From Epiperipatus broadwayi (Eukaryota > Animalia > Onychophora), in contig JAQFVV010000004.1 of assembly GCA_028023455.1 (NCBI GenBank), positions 17,050,001-17,114,000 on the forward strand: a stretch of 64,000 bases of DNA. Direction: 5' to 3'. Shown here piece after piece: positions 38,049-51,478 of the stretch (its first letter is position 1; every line of letters begins with the position of its first letter). A program made the translations under genes and the position numbers. The notes beneath the pieces were generated by a model. That model was not told where the DNA came from. It saw only the letters and a list, made by a program, of their open reading frames with translations, and did not search any database.

Positions 38049-39320
38049 TCCATTTTAACAGAACTTTAACTTTTAATACTTATTACTCTGATGGTTTACC
38101 CCTTTTTAGCTTGTTTCAAGTTCAATTTATGACTGTGCCAATAGCTATATTTGGGAGAAATCCCCGTGCTACCAAACAGGCATAGGCTTATATTCAATTC
38201 ACCTGATAACAACAATAATGTCGTAACAACTTAAGAATATGATTTTATAGATTAATATTACAACCATTATAAGCATTTTAATTACAAATATATGCATATT
38301 AGCAATTTATATAAAGCATATATATTTGCATACCCAAAGGCATTCTCAAATACTAATAAAGATCAGTGTGTCCTGTTTAGTCCTTAGTCTTGCTTTGCCA
38401 TATTTGGAGGCAAGTCACTCACAATATTAGCTATCGAGGACAACCCACAATGACATCCAGCATCGTTGTTGTTGCAAGTATGTCTGCACATTTCTAATCT
38501 CCACAAGCAAGTGATGCTTGGTTTTTTTTAGGCCAATTCTTAACAATTAATTAAAAATTAGTATTCCTGTTCTAATTAGTTGGGTCATTTAGATCCTGCT
38601 GACATTGTCTACAGTTATTTATCTGTAGTTGCATTGAATTGCTACTAATTTCTTCTTTTTAATTGTCATTAATTAATTTGATTATTTTCTGATGGTATTC
38701 TGTTATCTCTTTTGCTGTTTAGGAATTTAAAATTGTTTCCTGGATTTATAATTAAACTTTTAATAATATTAATTCTTTTATCTATTGCTTTAATCAGTTT
38801 TAATTTTACTTTTGACTTAAATTTTGTGTATTTATTTTTAAACTTTAATTGTGTATGTATTTCATACACCCACATATATATAACACATAAATGTTTATAA
38901 CTTTTCTAGCTATATATGTGTATGTATGTATTTTAATATACACATATAGACATAGCAGGATGCTTAGTAAGTTTTTTCCTAGAAATAACACTTAATCATT
39001 GTTAGAGGTAGATTAATATTCCTTGTCACCCTTTGTTTTAGAATCTCAATTTTAGAGCTTATCAAAAATTTTAATAAGCTTTCTATATCAGTAAAATGAT
39101 TTAACGTAGTCTAATAGTAAAAGCATAAAGTTATAGAATTAAGGATTACTGAAAATTAAGGATTACTTTCAAAAGAGTTACAAAATAAATGAATTGGAAT
39201 GAAATTTATTATTGACAAGTTATAATTTAAAAGGAATTTTATATTATTAAAAGAGAATGTTTTATTGTGTTTTTTAAATAAATTATTATTGTATTTTTCT
39301 AAAAATTCTACTATACAGAG

Positions 39321-42300
39321 TGTTATACTTATATAAAAAGAAAAGTTATTTGACAGTTGAAAGTAGAAAAAGAATTGTACAATATAAATTGTAATCACTG
39401 GAAACATAAAAGTTGGAAATCATAAAAGCACATTATTCTTAAAGAAAAGTAAAGTACTCCACAAGAAAATATAAGAAATAATTAATTATAGAAAAATATT
39501 GCTTAAAGAAATAAAAACAAAAGTATAATCATTTGTTTAATAAGAAATAATTACAGAATTTTGAAATGCTAAAGTCCTGTTTGTTAATTAATGAAAAAAT
39601 AGTGGTAAGAAAAAATGTAAATTAAAATGTGAAAAGATTTTGTCTGGTTTTCAAATATTTACTAATTAAATCTGTAAGTCAAGATTTAATTAATGCAAAG
39701 ATAAGATAAGATAAGAAAATATACAATGACATATAAATAGGGAGAAATTGTTTCTAGAGTGGGTTCTGTGTCTTCATTGTTTTTCGTGGAAGATATTCTC
39801 TGTCGTTGAGTGTTTAGTAGAACAAGATCACCATGAGTGTTAGCTGCAGTCATCTAGGAGTTCCCTATCCCAGGCACCAGTTACCTGAAGGTTAATGAGA
39901 TGGTTGGGAATCCATATAGATCGCCCTGATCTTATTATTATTTGTTATATGGTTGAGAAGACTCACTACCAGAGGGTAATAGGACTTTATTTTGTCAGAC
40001 TTTTAATTAATATTATGGACTAAGAAATTACAACTGTCTATAGTTAAATACATCTATATGTGTAGATGTACAAAACAGTTATTGAGATTGAATTCTAAAT
40101 GTTTCAGTTAATGTGGATTGCATAGTGATGTTATATATTTTGTCTGTTTATTCAATAAATAGGTAAATTTTTATTATATTGGGTATTTGAATATATTTAA
40201 TCCCCAGTTATTATATTTTTCTGTGATCTGTTACATTTTCTTGTTAATAGATACGTAGCAAAAATTGGTGCAGTCAAAAAATCTGAATCTAGCTGTAGGA
40301 AATGGAGTAATGAGTTAGGAAGTAATATAGATGGTGTAAGAGTATTTTGTTTCATAGGATCAGAAATGTTTTTGGGGCAGTCAAATATATCAGAGTTTGA
40401 TATAGGTAATGCAGTGGAGTGGCTCTGTATATTATGCAAATTGAAAATTTTTTTGTACTTAATGTTATTAAAGGGAATAAATGAAAAATAACAACTCTGT
40501 TATGTCTGGCAGTATGTAAAGTTATTGATATTATAAATTAATATTTTGAGCAACCAATAAATGAGTCAATCATGTATGAAGACATGGTAAAAAAACTGAA
40601 TGATCATTTTAGTCTGAAACCATCTTGTCACATGGAGATTAATGCCAAAAAATAGAAAGCAATATGAAGGAGAGATGATAAAAGAGTATGATATAGCATT
40701 GAGAGAGTTGTCAAAAAACTGTAATTACAGAGATTTTGTAGACCAAATACTGCTGGATCAGCTATTATGTGGGATTACAGATGACAGTCTCAGGAAAAAT
40801 TTACTTATTGAAGTAGATTTAATGTACAAAATGATAATTAAGAAGAGAATAGCGTATGAGCTGATTGAACAGGCTTTTGCGTTCAGAAATAAAATGGAGA
40901 AAGACTCAAAAATGCTAGTGTGTAAAACTGAGAGAGTACAGGAGAACAAAGAATGTGGGATTGACAATGTAAAAAATAGGAAAGTTATTTGTTTTTGCAG
41001 CAGTGCAAAATGTCATTTGGCACAGTTTTGCAAATGGAAAAATGAAATGGGTTACTGGTGTAAATCTAGAGGGCATCTAGTGAAAGTATGTAAGAAGGCT
41101 GAAACTGTACAGAAATATTATGGTTCTGAAAATAAAAAGCAGCAGAAAAGGAAATTGAATGGCATTCATATAAATAAAAATATCAAAGCAATAGCAGAAA
41201 ACAAGTTCATGACAAAACTTAAGATATGGGGTACAGAAGTAGAAATGGAGATAAGTAATGGATCAGGGATTACATTAATATCTGACAAACTATAGAAAAA
41301 ATAAGCGTAGGAAAAACTAATATGAAAATAAAAAATACATTATAAAGGTACAAGATGTAAGTGGAAATGAGATAGAGATTAAGGGAATAATAGAAGCACC
41401 AGCGAAATATAGAAATAGAGAAGTAAAACTTCCTTTATGTATTGTGAAACGGGATATTTATTCCATTATAGGGTGTGAATAGTTCAATGCGATCGGAATC
41501 AACATTAGAATAATTAAAAATATTATGATTGAACAAGAAATGATGAAAAAATTTCCTAAATTATTTTCAAATAATTTAGGTTTGATTAATACAAACCCTG
41601 TAGATGCAGCTCCAATAATATGTATACTTAGAAACTCCAATAATATGCATACTTAGAAAGATACCCTTTGCATAATGGGCCAAAGTCGAAGGAAAACTTC
41701 AGGTTTTAAATGAAAACAGAGTATTGACCCCAGTAGAGTTCTCGGATTGGACCACGCCTATAGTAGCGATAACAAAACTGAATGGACAAATCAGACTTTG
41801 TGGCGATTATAGAGTTACAGTTAATAGGTTTTTAAATAAGGGGACATACCCAGTGCCAAATGTAAGAGTAGTACTGGCAGCATTGGTGAATGAAAAAATT
41901 TGTTTTTGCAAAGCTGGATTTAAATTCAGCATATCACCAGATAGCAATGACAGAAAGAATGGCACAAATGCTGATAGTAGCGATACCATTTGGCCTGTTT
42001 AAATGTAACAGATCATCTTTTGGTGCAACTACTCCCCCCAATATTTTGCAAGCAAAAATAAATAATATTTTACAAGGTTTAGAGGGAATGGTCCCGTATT
42101 ATGATGACATACAGATTTCTGCAGAGTCACTCGATTCATTGTACAAAAGAGTAAGAAAAGTTTGTGAAAGATTGAATAGTGCAGGGTTTAATTTTAATGC
42201 TGAAAAATCAGTGTGGCAAATTGATGAATTGTTTTTTTTCTCAGGCACATAATTTCGGAAAAAGGCAAACGGCCTTTTCCCAAGAAAGTGAAGACTGTTA

Positions 42301-45160
42301 AAAATGCAGATAAGCTGGAAAATATAATGCAATTACAGGCTTTTCTACCGAATAATTTTTTTTGAGCCATTTCTTAAAAATAAGATGATGATTGCACAGC
42401 CTTTGTGCGAGTTATTAAAAAAGAACCAAAAATGGGAATGGACTTAGAAACAAGATGTGGCTTTTGAAAAGGCAAAGGCACTGTTGGTATCTGATAAGTT
42501 GTTAGTGCACTTTAATAATAATAATCAACCAGTTCAAATTACAACTGATGCTTCAGATTGGGATGTTTGTGCAGTTCTATCGCATATGAGGAAAATGGGA
42601 GCGACCAATAGCATATGCTTCATGCATGTTGTCAAAAGCGGAATGGAACTATAGTCAAATTGACAAAGAGACATTGGCTATAGTTTTTTCATTGAAAAAG
42701 TTCCAATACATTTTTGGAAGAGATCATAAGCCTTTGCTAGGTATTTTTGCTCATAATCGTGTAGCTCCTGAACATTTAAGCCTGAATATGTTACCATAGT
42801 GTAATATTTTAGTGGGGGATGATTATGAAGTAACGTTTAAAAAAGGAAAAGAAATAACTCATACAGATTTCCAGATAGACATAAACCTGCATCAAAGGAA
42901 ATAGAGATAAATCACATAGATGTGATGAAGTCAAAAACTTTAAATAGTTGGATAGTAGATAGATGGACTAAAGAAGATAAAGGGGTAAACATGGATTAGG
43001 TCAGATTGACCTTACAAGAAGCCTTCATATCTAGTGCAGGGATTTTGGGTTAACAGAGATAAGCTATCATTGTGTAATGATTGTATAGTTTTGGGGGATA
43101 GAGTAGTGATACCTACTGTTGGGAGGAAAATAGTTTTAAACTTATTGCACAAAAGTCATCCAGGCATGTACACACTAAAGCACTAGCACATAGTTATATC
43201 TAGTGGCTGGAATTAATGTGGACATTTAAAAGTTTGTAAAGAAATGTTCGTCATGTCAGAAGGAAATTCAACTTCCAGCAAAAAATTTTACAGCATGGCC
43301 AGCATCAACCAGGACATTTGAAAGGGTGCATATTGATCATGCAGTACCAATAAAGGGAAAAATACTGTTGATAGTGATTGACTTTTTTAAAGTGGATTAA
43401 ATGTCTTATAGTAAATAATACTGGTACAGAGGAAATTATTAAATGTTGTAATAAGATTTTTACAATACATGGTTTTTCCGAAGTCATTGTATTTGACAAT
43501 GGAACAGGTTTCAGGGGATACAGAATGTAATAGTATTTTGAAAGTAAGGGCATTAAACATATTCTGACACCACCATACTATCCGGAGTCAAACAGACAGG
43601 CAGAAAAAGTAGTACAACAAGTGAAGAAAAGTTTACTGAAGATGAAGATATCAGATCTGCAAGCAGTATTACAAGAGATAATGCTGTGTCAACATTTGAC
43701 ACTATTCACAGCAACAGGGAAATTACTGGCAGAATTGTTCTTAGGAAGGGAGCTAAGGATTAAGCTGTCATTATTTCAACCAACAAAAAAGGATTCGTTG
43801 GCCAATATAAAACCTCATACACACTTTAGTGTTGGAGTTCAGAGTATGGGTACATGATATATTGGGTAAGAAATGGATAAAGTGATTGATAAGTTAATAG
43901 CGAATAAAATTTATATAATTCAAAATCAGAATAATGTCAAGTACATTAGGCACATAAATCATGAGGAGACATGAAGAAGACAACCCACAGTTTTTATGGC
44001 CATCAGAATTGAAACTAAAAGTGAAAGTCAAACCAAATGTAACAGAAAGTATAGGAATTGGAAATGAAGAAATAAAGGGAGAAAATTCAATGGAAATTCA
44101 CACTGATAGTGGAAAATACAGGAAATAAATTAAATTGTCCAGTATGGGAGAACCATAAGTGAAAAAAATTAGAAGATTATGTATAGAATGTTTAGAGGGA
44201 CATTCTTCTGGAGTAGGGGGAGGTGTGTTATATTTATATAAAAAGAAAAATTATTTGGTAGTTGAAAGTAGAAAAAGAATTGTACAATGTAAATTGTAAT
44301 CACTGGAAACATAAAAGTTGGAAATCATAAAAGCACATTGTTTTCAAAGAAAAATTAAAATACTCCAGAAGAAAAGATAAGAAATAATTAATTATAGAAA
44401 AATATTGCTTAAAGAAATAAAATCAAAAGTATAGTCATTTGTTTAATAAGAAATAATTAATTACGGAATTTTGAAATGCTAAAATCCTGTTTGTTAATAT
44501 TGTAAGAAAAAATGTAAATTAAAACATGAAAAGATTTTGTTTATGATTAAATTAAAATACACTAATTAAATCTGTAAGTCAAGATTTAATTAATGTAAAG
44601 GTAAGACAAGGAAGTATGCAGTGACATGTAAATAGGGAGAAATTGTTGCTAGAAGGATTCTGCGTCTTCGTTGCTTTTCATAGATGTTCTCTGTCATTGA
44701 GTGTTTAGCAGAAGAAGATCACCATAAGTGTTATCTGCAGTCATCTAGGAGTTCCCTATCCCAGGCACCAGTTACCTGAAAGTTAATGAGATGGTTAGGA
44801 TTCCATACAGATCGTCCTGGTCTTATTATTATTTGTTATATGGCTAAGAAGGTTCACAGAGGAATTACTACCAGAGGGTAATAGGACTTTATTTTGTCAG
44901 ACTTTTAATTAATATTGTGGACTGAGAAATTAGAACTGTCTATAGTTAAATACATCTATATGTGTAGATGTGCAGAACAATATTGAGATTGAATTCTAAA
45001 TGTTTCAGTTAATGTGGATTACATAGTGGTGTTATATATTTTGTCTGTTTATTCAATAAATAAGTACATTTTCATTTTATTGGGTATTTGAATTTATTTA
45101 ATTCTTAGTTATCATATTTTCTGAAATCTGTTACATTTTTTTATTAGCAAATTCATAGCA
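39321..45160 (+). mobile_element. Full-length decayed Ty3/Gypsy (Mag/K02A2.6-like) element with LTRs and a 5-bp TSD
   Basis: LTRs at 39321-40260 and 44226-45160 (TG...CA). TSD cagag at 39316-39320 and 45161-45165. PBS TGGTGCAGTC and PPT ggagtagggggagg. Gag CCHC, RT (WTTPIV, RLCGDYRVTVN, YYDDI), RNase H (TDASDW) and integrase follow in Gypsy order, with many stops. Confidence 0.93.
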
Positions 45161-45658
45161 CAGAGAATTCATTACAAATAGAGAATAATATTAACAATAT
45201 TTAGAATGGGGTTATTGTCTAATTATCAATATATTTTTGACTTGGTGTCAAAAAAGAGACTTACATTTACTTTGAAGTGGGAGGATGAAATGAGAAGTTT
45301 TCTTTATCATTATGAAAATGGAAAACTTATGGTATATTTTTGTGTGGAAGCTTTGGGTAAATCTTTGCTCTTCAGAGGATTTTCAGTAACTGAAAATCAC
45401 TATGATTGAATAATTGAATGCTTTTTGATTTTAATTTTATATTTCATTAATATTTTGAAATGAATATCTCTGAAAAAATTGAATTTTTGTTCTTGATTAT
45501 TGTATCCAATTGTTTCCATTGCTTGTTTCATTTTCATTCCAATTTAGCCATGGTTAGAATTCATATTAACTTTTTGGAAATGTTTTTAATTTTTCAAGTA
45601 AATAATATTATTACATTATTAATAGTCATAAGTACATTAATTATTTTTTTAATTGCAG

Positions 45659-45770
45659 AATAGTTGCAGTCAGTATGAATGGCCCCTTTTTACCTCTTTT
45701 CCAGTACCTTCAGTTTACATTGCAGAGCAAAGTTATAATTTTAATGAAGCTGGTGAAAGTAAGATTTCTG
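45659..45770 (+). CDS. TBC1D32: TBC1D32-like exon (NSCSQYEWPLFTSFPVPSVYIAEQSYNFNEAGESKIS)
   Basis: ttgcag acceptor and g|gtaagt donor, phase 0 to 1. It matches recalled human YPWPMFSSYPLP. Confidence 0.82.
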
Positions 45771-46078
45771 GTAAGTATAAAGAATTAAGATTATTCGTTT
45801 TGAAAGGAAAATAAAAGAAACTTTTAATTTTAAATATCCTTTGTTTAAATCTACATATGTTATAACGTCAACAAGTTAATAAAATCACTTTGCATTTAAA
45901 ACGTTTCTTTTACTGAATATAATAATAATATCACTAAGCAGCTCCATATTTTTTCAATAATTTTCTTACTTAAGGATTTTTAATTTTGAAAATAAGAGTC
46001 ATATGTCCCTTTTTTCAGCTCACTTATAGTTTTAAAAAATAATACTAAAAAACTGGAACAAAGAACAAAATAACAAAG

Positions 46079-49000
46079 TGCAAAATATGTAATTAATATT
46101 TAAAAAATTAAGAATTCTGCTAAATAAATCAATAAAAGAAATGTTTAAATTAAACGACATTTCAAAATAAATATAGAGACATGTATATATTAATAAATTG
46201 TATAGATCTTAAAATTTACATTATATGGAAATAAAATCCTAAGAAATTAATTAATTGTATAGATTTTAAAACTTAAATTATATGGAAATAAATTCCTAAG
46301 AGAAATTTATTTGTACAATAACAAATGCTAAATCTAATTACTCCAGAAAAGATAAGAAAAACAAAAGAAGAGGGGGGATATAAAAAGCTAGGGAGAAAGG
46401 ACTGAGTGCTGAAAAGCAGGGAAGAGCATCATCGGAGAACTTTATTTCCAGGGTCTTGGTTCCTGTAGATCAACAAGCCGATTTAGACTTTTAGCAGACC
46501 GTCTCAATCTTATTATTATTTTGTACACCTCAAGAGGCTCTTTGAGGGTTGTGTTATAAAGACTATAAACATTAGTGAAAGTAAAGTGAATAATAGTTTA
46601 CCTAAACTGTATAAACATTAATTCTTATTCAATAGTTGACTTGTGGAATTAGGCTCGTTCAAGTGCAGACTGTATATTTATGTTGAAGATCCATCTAGTA
46701 ACTTTTTAATTGTTAATAAATTGTTATTGCTAAATATATATGTATGTATATGTTGCTGTCTGTTGAGTTAATTGTATATTTTGTTTGTTGGTCGCCCTGT
46801 CATAGTCAGGGACACAGCAAATTATTGGTGCAATTGCGGTCATTTTGAATTTGGGAAGTAGTACAGAGTTAAAATCATTAGTAAGTTAGTGGTATTCAGA
46901 ATTGGAATTTAGCAGACAGTCTGAAGTTAGTAGGAAGTCTAATTATCAGTAATCAAATGAGTGCTTTTGGGCAGAATAGCATAGTGGAATTAGAGATTAG
47001 TAATATGTCTGAATGGCCATTATATATTATGCAGTTAGAGAACTTCTTTACATTGAACGGTATTGAAGATAACAAAAGGAAAGTAGCGGCACTTATGTGC
47101 TTCGCTGGTATAAAAGTGATAGACATTATAAATAGATTATTTTAGTTACCTGTCACACAGAAAATAAAGTATGAGGATCTAATAGAGAGAAATTGAGCAT
47201 TTCAGCCCTTGACCACCGCAGCACATATCTAGCTTAACCTTGCGAAGAAGGAAGGAGCTGGATGGTGAAAAAATTAAAGAGTATAACTCAGCTCTTACGT
47301 AATTGACTAAAAATTGTGGTTATGGGGAGTTCATGGATGAAATTCTCATGGACCAATTATTATGGAGCATGTCTAGTAATAGGCTCAGACCACAATATCT
47401 CACAGAACCTGAGATTATGTATGAGATGGCTATTAAGAAGACATAGCGTATGAATTAATGCTTGAACAGGCTCAGGTTTTTAGCACTAAAACGGATGAAA
47501 ACCCTAGAAGTAGTGTGTTTAAAACAGAACAGGAAAAGACCTTGCTGGGGAAAGCTGAAAACAGTAAGAATGTTAGAGTAACCTGTTTTTGTTGCAGAAA
47601 AAGAGGCTACATATCAAAAGAATGCTTAAAAAAATGTGCTTTAAATGTGGCAAAAATGGGCATTTAGCACATATTTGTAATTGGAAAGGCAAAGGTAAAT
47701 CGCCAATGTAAGAAAATTACCATACAGTTAAAAACATGGGCATCCACAGGTTAAATTAGTTTATGATGAAGCTGCTACTGTGTCACAAAGAAGTATTGAT
47801 AGAAATTGATAGTGGGTCAGAATGTCACTAACAGACTGGCTATCACTGGCATCGGCTAACACGGAAAGTAAAATAGAGAAAACTAACATATAGAGCGCGG
47901 GATGTAAATGGAAGCATGATTAGATTAATAGGCCATATGACAGAGCCCATTAACTATTGTGGTAAAAAATGAATATACCCCTATACATAGTCAAAGGGAA
48001 GATCAGTCCCATAGTTGGGAGGTAGTGGTTCCACAAACTAGGTATATAAATTAACATTATTAAAAACATCTCCCTGGAACAAGAAATGGCATACAAATAC
48101 CCTGTGGCATACAAATACCCTGATTTGTTTAATGAACAATTGGGTATTAATTAATATGAGCCCGGTTGAGGTAGAGTTGCTGGAAAATGCACGACCAGTC
48201 GTTTGTAAACCTCGGAAAATCCCATTCGCTCAAAAAGAGAAAGTGGCAGAAAAATTAAAGTCATTGGTTGCTAAGGGCATATTAATACCAATTGAACATC
48301 ACATTGGCCACGCCTTTAATTCTGATAACCAAGCCAAATGGCAAAATTAAGCTATGTGGTGATTGGAAAATAACGGTAAACAAATATCTGAACAGAAGAG
48401 CATACCCTGTTTTAAATGTGAGGGAAGTACTAGCCAGTCTTCAAAATACCTCTCATTTTGCAAAGTTGGACTTAAATTCCACATTTTACCAGATATAGGT
48501 GACAGACAAATCAATGGTAATATTAACTTTGACAACCCCGATGGGATTATGTAAATATAATCGTTTACCGTTTGGCATATCAACAGCCCCTAATATTTTT
48601 CAAGCGAAAATGCACATATCATTTCACAGCCTGGAGGGGTTATTCCCTATTTTGATGACATACTCATCACAGCTAAATCAGAAGAGATGTTGCATAAAAG
48701 GCTGGGAGTGAAATTAAACGCTCAAAAAAGCGTACGGCACACAAAAGAATTGATTTTTCTTGGTCACATACTAAAAAAGGCTTGAAAAAATTTAACAATC
48801 CTAAATACACCTGTTGTTATTTCATGTTTTTAGTTTCATCGCATAACCATTGGGCTACTTATTGAGAAAAGATCAAAAGGGGCAATGATTAGAAAGTCAT
48901 GATGAAGCATTCAACAAAACTAAAGCCCTATTGTCATCTGACAAATTATTCATGCACTTTAATAGTAATTTGTAAGTGCATTTAACTATGGATGTGTCAG

Positions 49001-50882
49001 AGTTGCGGTGGTTCTCTTTCACCCATGATTATAAAAGGGAACGGTCTATTGCATATGCATCAAGTACACTCTCAAAAGCAGAGAGAAACTACAGTCAGAT
49101 CGATAAGGAGACTAACTATTATCTTCGTTCTGAAAAAATTTCATCAATATATTTTCAGCAGATTGGTTCAAATAATAACTGACCACAAGCCACTGGTAGG
49201 AATTCTGGGCCACGACAAATCAGTTCCCAACCATTTAAGCCCACGCATGATGCGTTGATCATCATGTTACGATTACAAACTGGAATATAAGAAGGGTAAA
49301 GAGGTTTCACATGCCGACACCTTGTCCAGGATCCCAGGTAAAGAAGAACCAAGCCGCATGAGATGGATATAAACTATATTGATGTACTAAAATCAGAAAT
49401 TCTTAACAGTAAAAAAGTAATGAGCTGTACAAAAGCCGATGAAGGTTATCAACTGCTTATGGAGTGGATAAAAATGGATGGCCTGACTCGAAGCCTCACT
49501 ATATCACCATAGGGTTCCGGACAAACTGCAACAAATTCTTTACTTGTAAAGGGTGTGTGTTAATGGTGGATCTACTAGTAATACCAATGGGGAGGTAGAT
49601 AGCAAGTTTTAAAGCTTTTTCATGAAGGTCATCCTGGAATCGTGCGAGCCAAAGCATTAGCTCGTAGCTAAGTGTGGTGGCCAAAAATAACATGTGACAT
49701 CAAGCAATACATCAAAAAATGCACGGCCTTGCAATTGAGATGAATGTGAAGGCAAAAGAATATAATTCATGGCCATTAGCAATGGAAGCTTGGCAGAGAG
49801 TACATATAAATCACGCAGGTCCAATAAATGGCAAAATACTGCTGATACTCATAAATGCATACTCCAAATATGCAGATTATCACATAGTAAAGGATATGAG
49901 TACAAAAGAAATGATAGACACCTTAAACGCTGTTTTCTTGTCACGGTTTACTAGAAACCATCGTGTCCAACAACGGCGCTGAATTCACTGCACAAGAAAT
50001 GGAAAACTATTTTGTTGACAATGGCATTAAGCACATATGCCCACCCCCACACCACTTAGAGGCAAATGGCCTTGCTGAAAAGGCCGTACAGATAATAAAA
50101 AAAGCCCTGAAGAAATCAAAGAATGTAAATATGTAGCAAGCAATATATAATGCCATACTCCATCGACACTCCACGCCATTAACAGCTACAGGAAAATCTT
50201 CCGCAGAACTGTTGATGGGAAGGAAATTGCGAATTAAATTATCACTTCTACTTCCATGTACAGCAGATAAAACAGAGAGTGGAAAAAATGAAAATATACA
50301 AATAACAGGCCGGAAAAAAGAGTATAAATATATAGTTGGTGACAGAGTTTGGGTTCAAGTCATAATCCAGAAGAAATGCGTTAAAGAAATAATTGCAAAA
50401 ATGTTATCAAAAACAATAATAATCATCCAAGTACAGGATGAGACAACATACAGAAGATGTGTACATACTGTCTGCCATGGATTCGAACAAGATTGGCAAA
50501 TTGCAGTGTCCGTGCCAAAAGAGGAAACCCAGGAAATACAAGACATAGCTGAACCGATACGACTGAAAATAGTGATTGAGGAGGAGGATTAAAAACCAGA
50601 ACGCAGCTACATTAAATCTGAAATTAGGTAACAGGAACTGCAATCAACACTGAAATCGACCATAATAATAATTAGATTACCCAGACCCTGACATCATATA
50701 AAAAGATTGGCCAAATTTAACGACTATATATATGTAAGCCTAAACAATTTTCTGGAGTAAGGAGAGAAGTGCAAAATATATAATTAATATTTAAAAAATT
50801 AAGAATGCTGATAAATAAATCAATAAAACAAATGTTCAAATTAAATGAAGTTTAAAAATAAATACAGAGACATGTATATATT
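46079..50882 (+). mobile_element. Decayed Ty3/Gypsy element; 3' LTR truncated after ~113 bp
   Basis: 5' LTR at 46079-46819 and PBS TGGTGCAATT. Gag, protease (EIDSGS), RT (LCGDWKITVN, YFDDIL), RNase H and integrase (WQRVHINHAGP, GKSSAELLMGRKLR) are present. PPT ggagtaaggagagaag and 3' LTR start at 50770. Confidence 0.9.
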
Positions 50883-51036
50883 GTCAAAATAAGAGTCATA
50901 GATCACATGACCCTATTCTCTTAAGCTTATAAGTTATAAACAATGAGGATTGCCAATTCCTCAACAAGAATTTGCGATAAATGCTTAGCCAGATAAAGCA
51001 CTTAAAATATTTCGGTCAGAACCCCCTCCCCTCAAA

Positions 51037-51077
51037 CCCCTGACCATGGTTTCGCACTTTGATACTCCTCAGAGAGG
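51037..51077 (-). ncRNA. Type I hammerhead ribozyme (retrozyme unit 1)
   Basis: CCTCT CTGAGGA GTAT CAAA GTGC GAAA CCATGG T C AGGGG. Stem II pairs through two G-U wobbles. The GUC cut falls between 51042 and 51041. Confidence 0.85.
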
Positions 51078-51437
51078 TGCCAGGGTAGGTTCAAATACTA
51101 GATCTAAAAATACCAACCGAAAGCCAGCATTTTTCTAAAAGTTATCTATTGAGTTGAAAATCTGAAATTTTCAGACTCCTATATGTCTTCATACCTAGCT
51201 ATGGGGCTGATAGATCTTCAGCCATACCATATATTAGTAGTGTTAGCAATATAGCATCACCTAAGACTTAAGGCAGAGACTATAAATAGTCAAAATAAGA
51301 GTCATAGATCACATGACCCTGTTCTCTTAAGCTTGTAAGTTATAAACAATGAGGATTGCCAATTCCTCAACAAGCTTTGTGATAAATGCTTAACCAGATA
51401 AAGCATTTAAAATATCTCTGTCAGGACTCCCCCCAAA

Positions 51438-51478
51438 CCCCTGACCATGGTTTCGTGCTTTGGCACTCCTCAGAGAGG
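51438..51478 (-). ncRNA. Type I hammerhead ribozyme (retrozyme unit 2), fully canonical
   Basis: CCTCT CTGAGGA GTGC CAAA GCAC GAAA CCATGG T C AGGGG. All core nucleotides are canonical, stem III is the palindrome ACCATGGT, and the GUC cut falls between 51443 and 51442. Confidence 0.92.
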
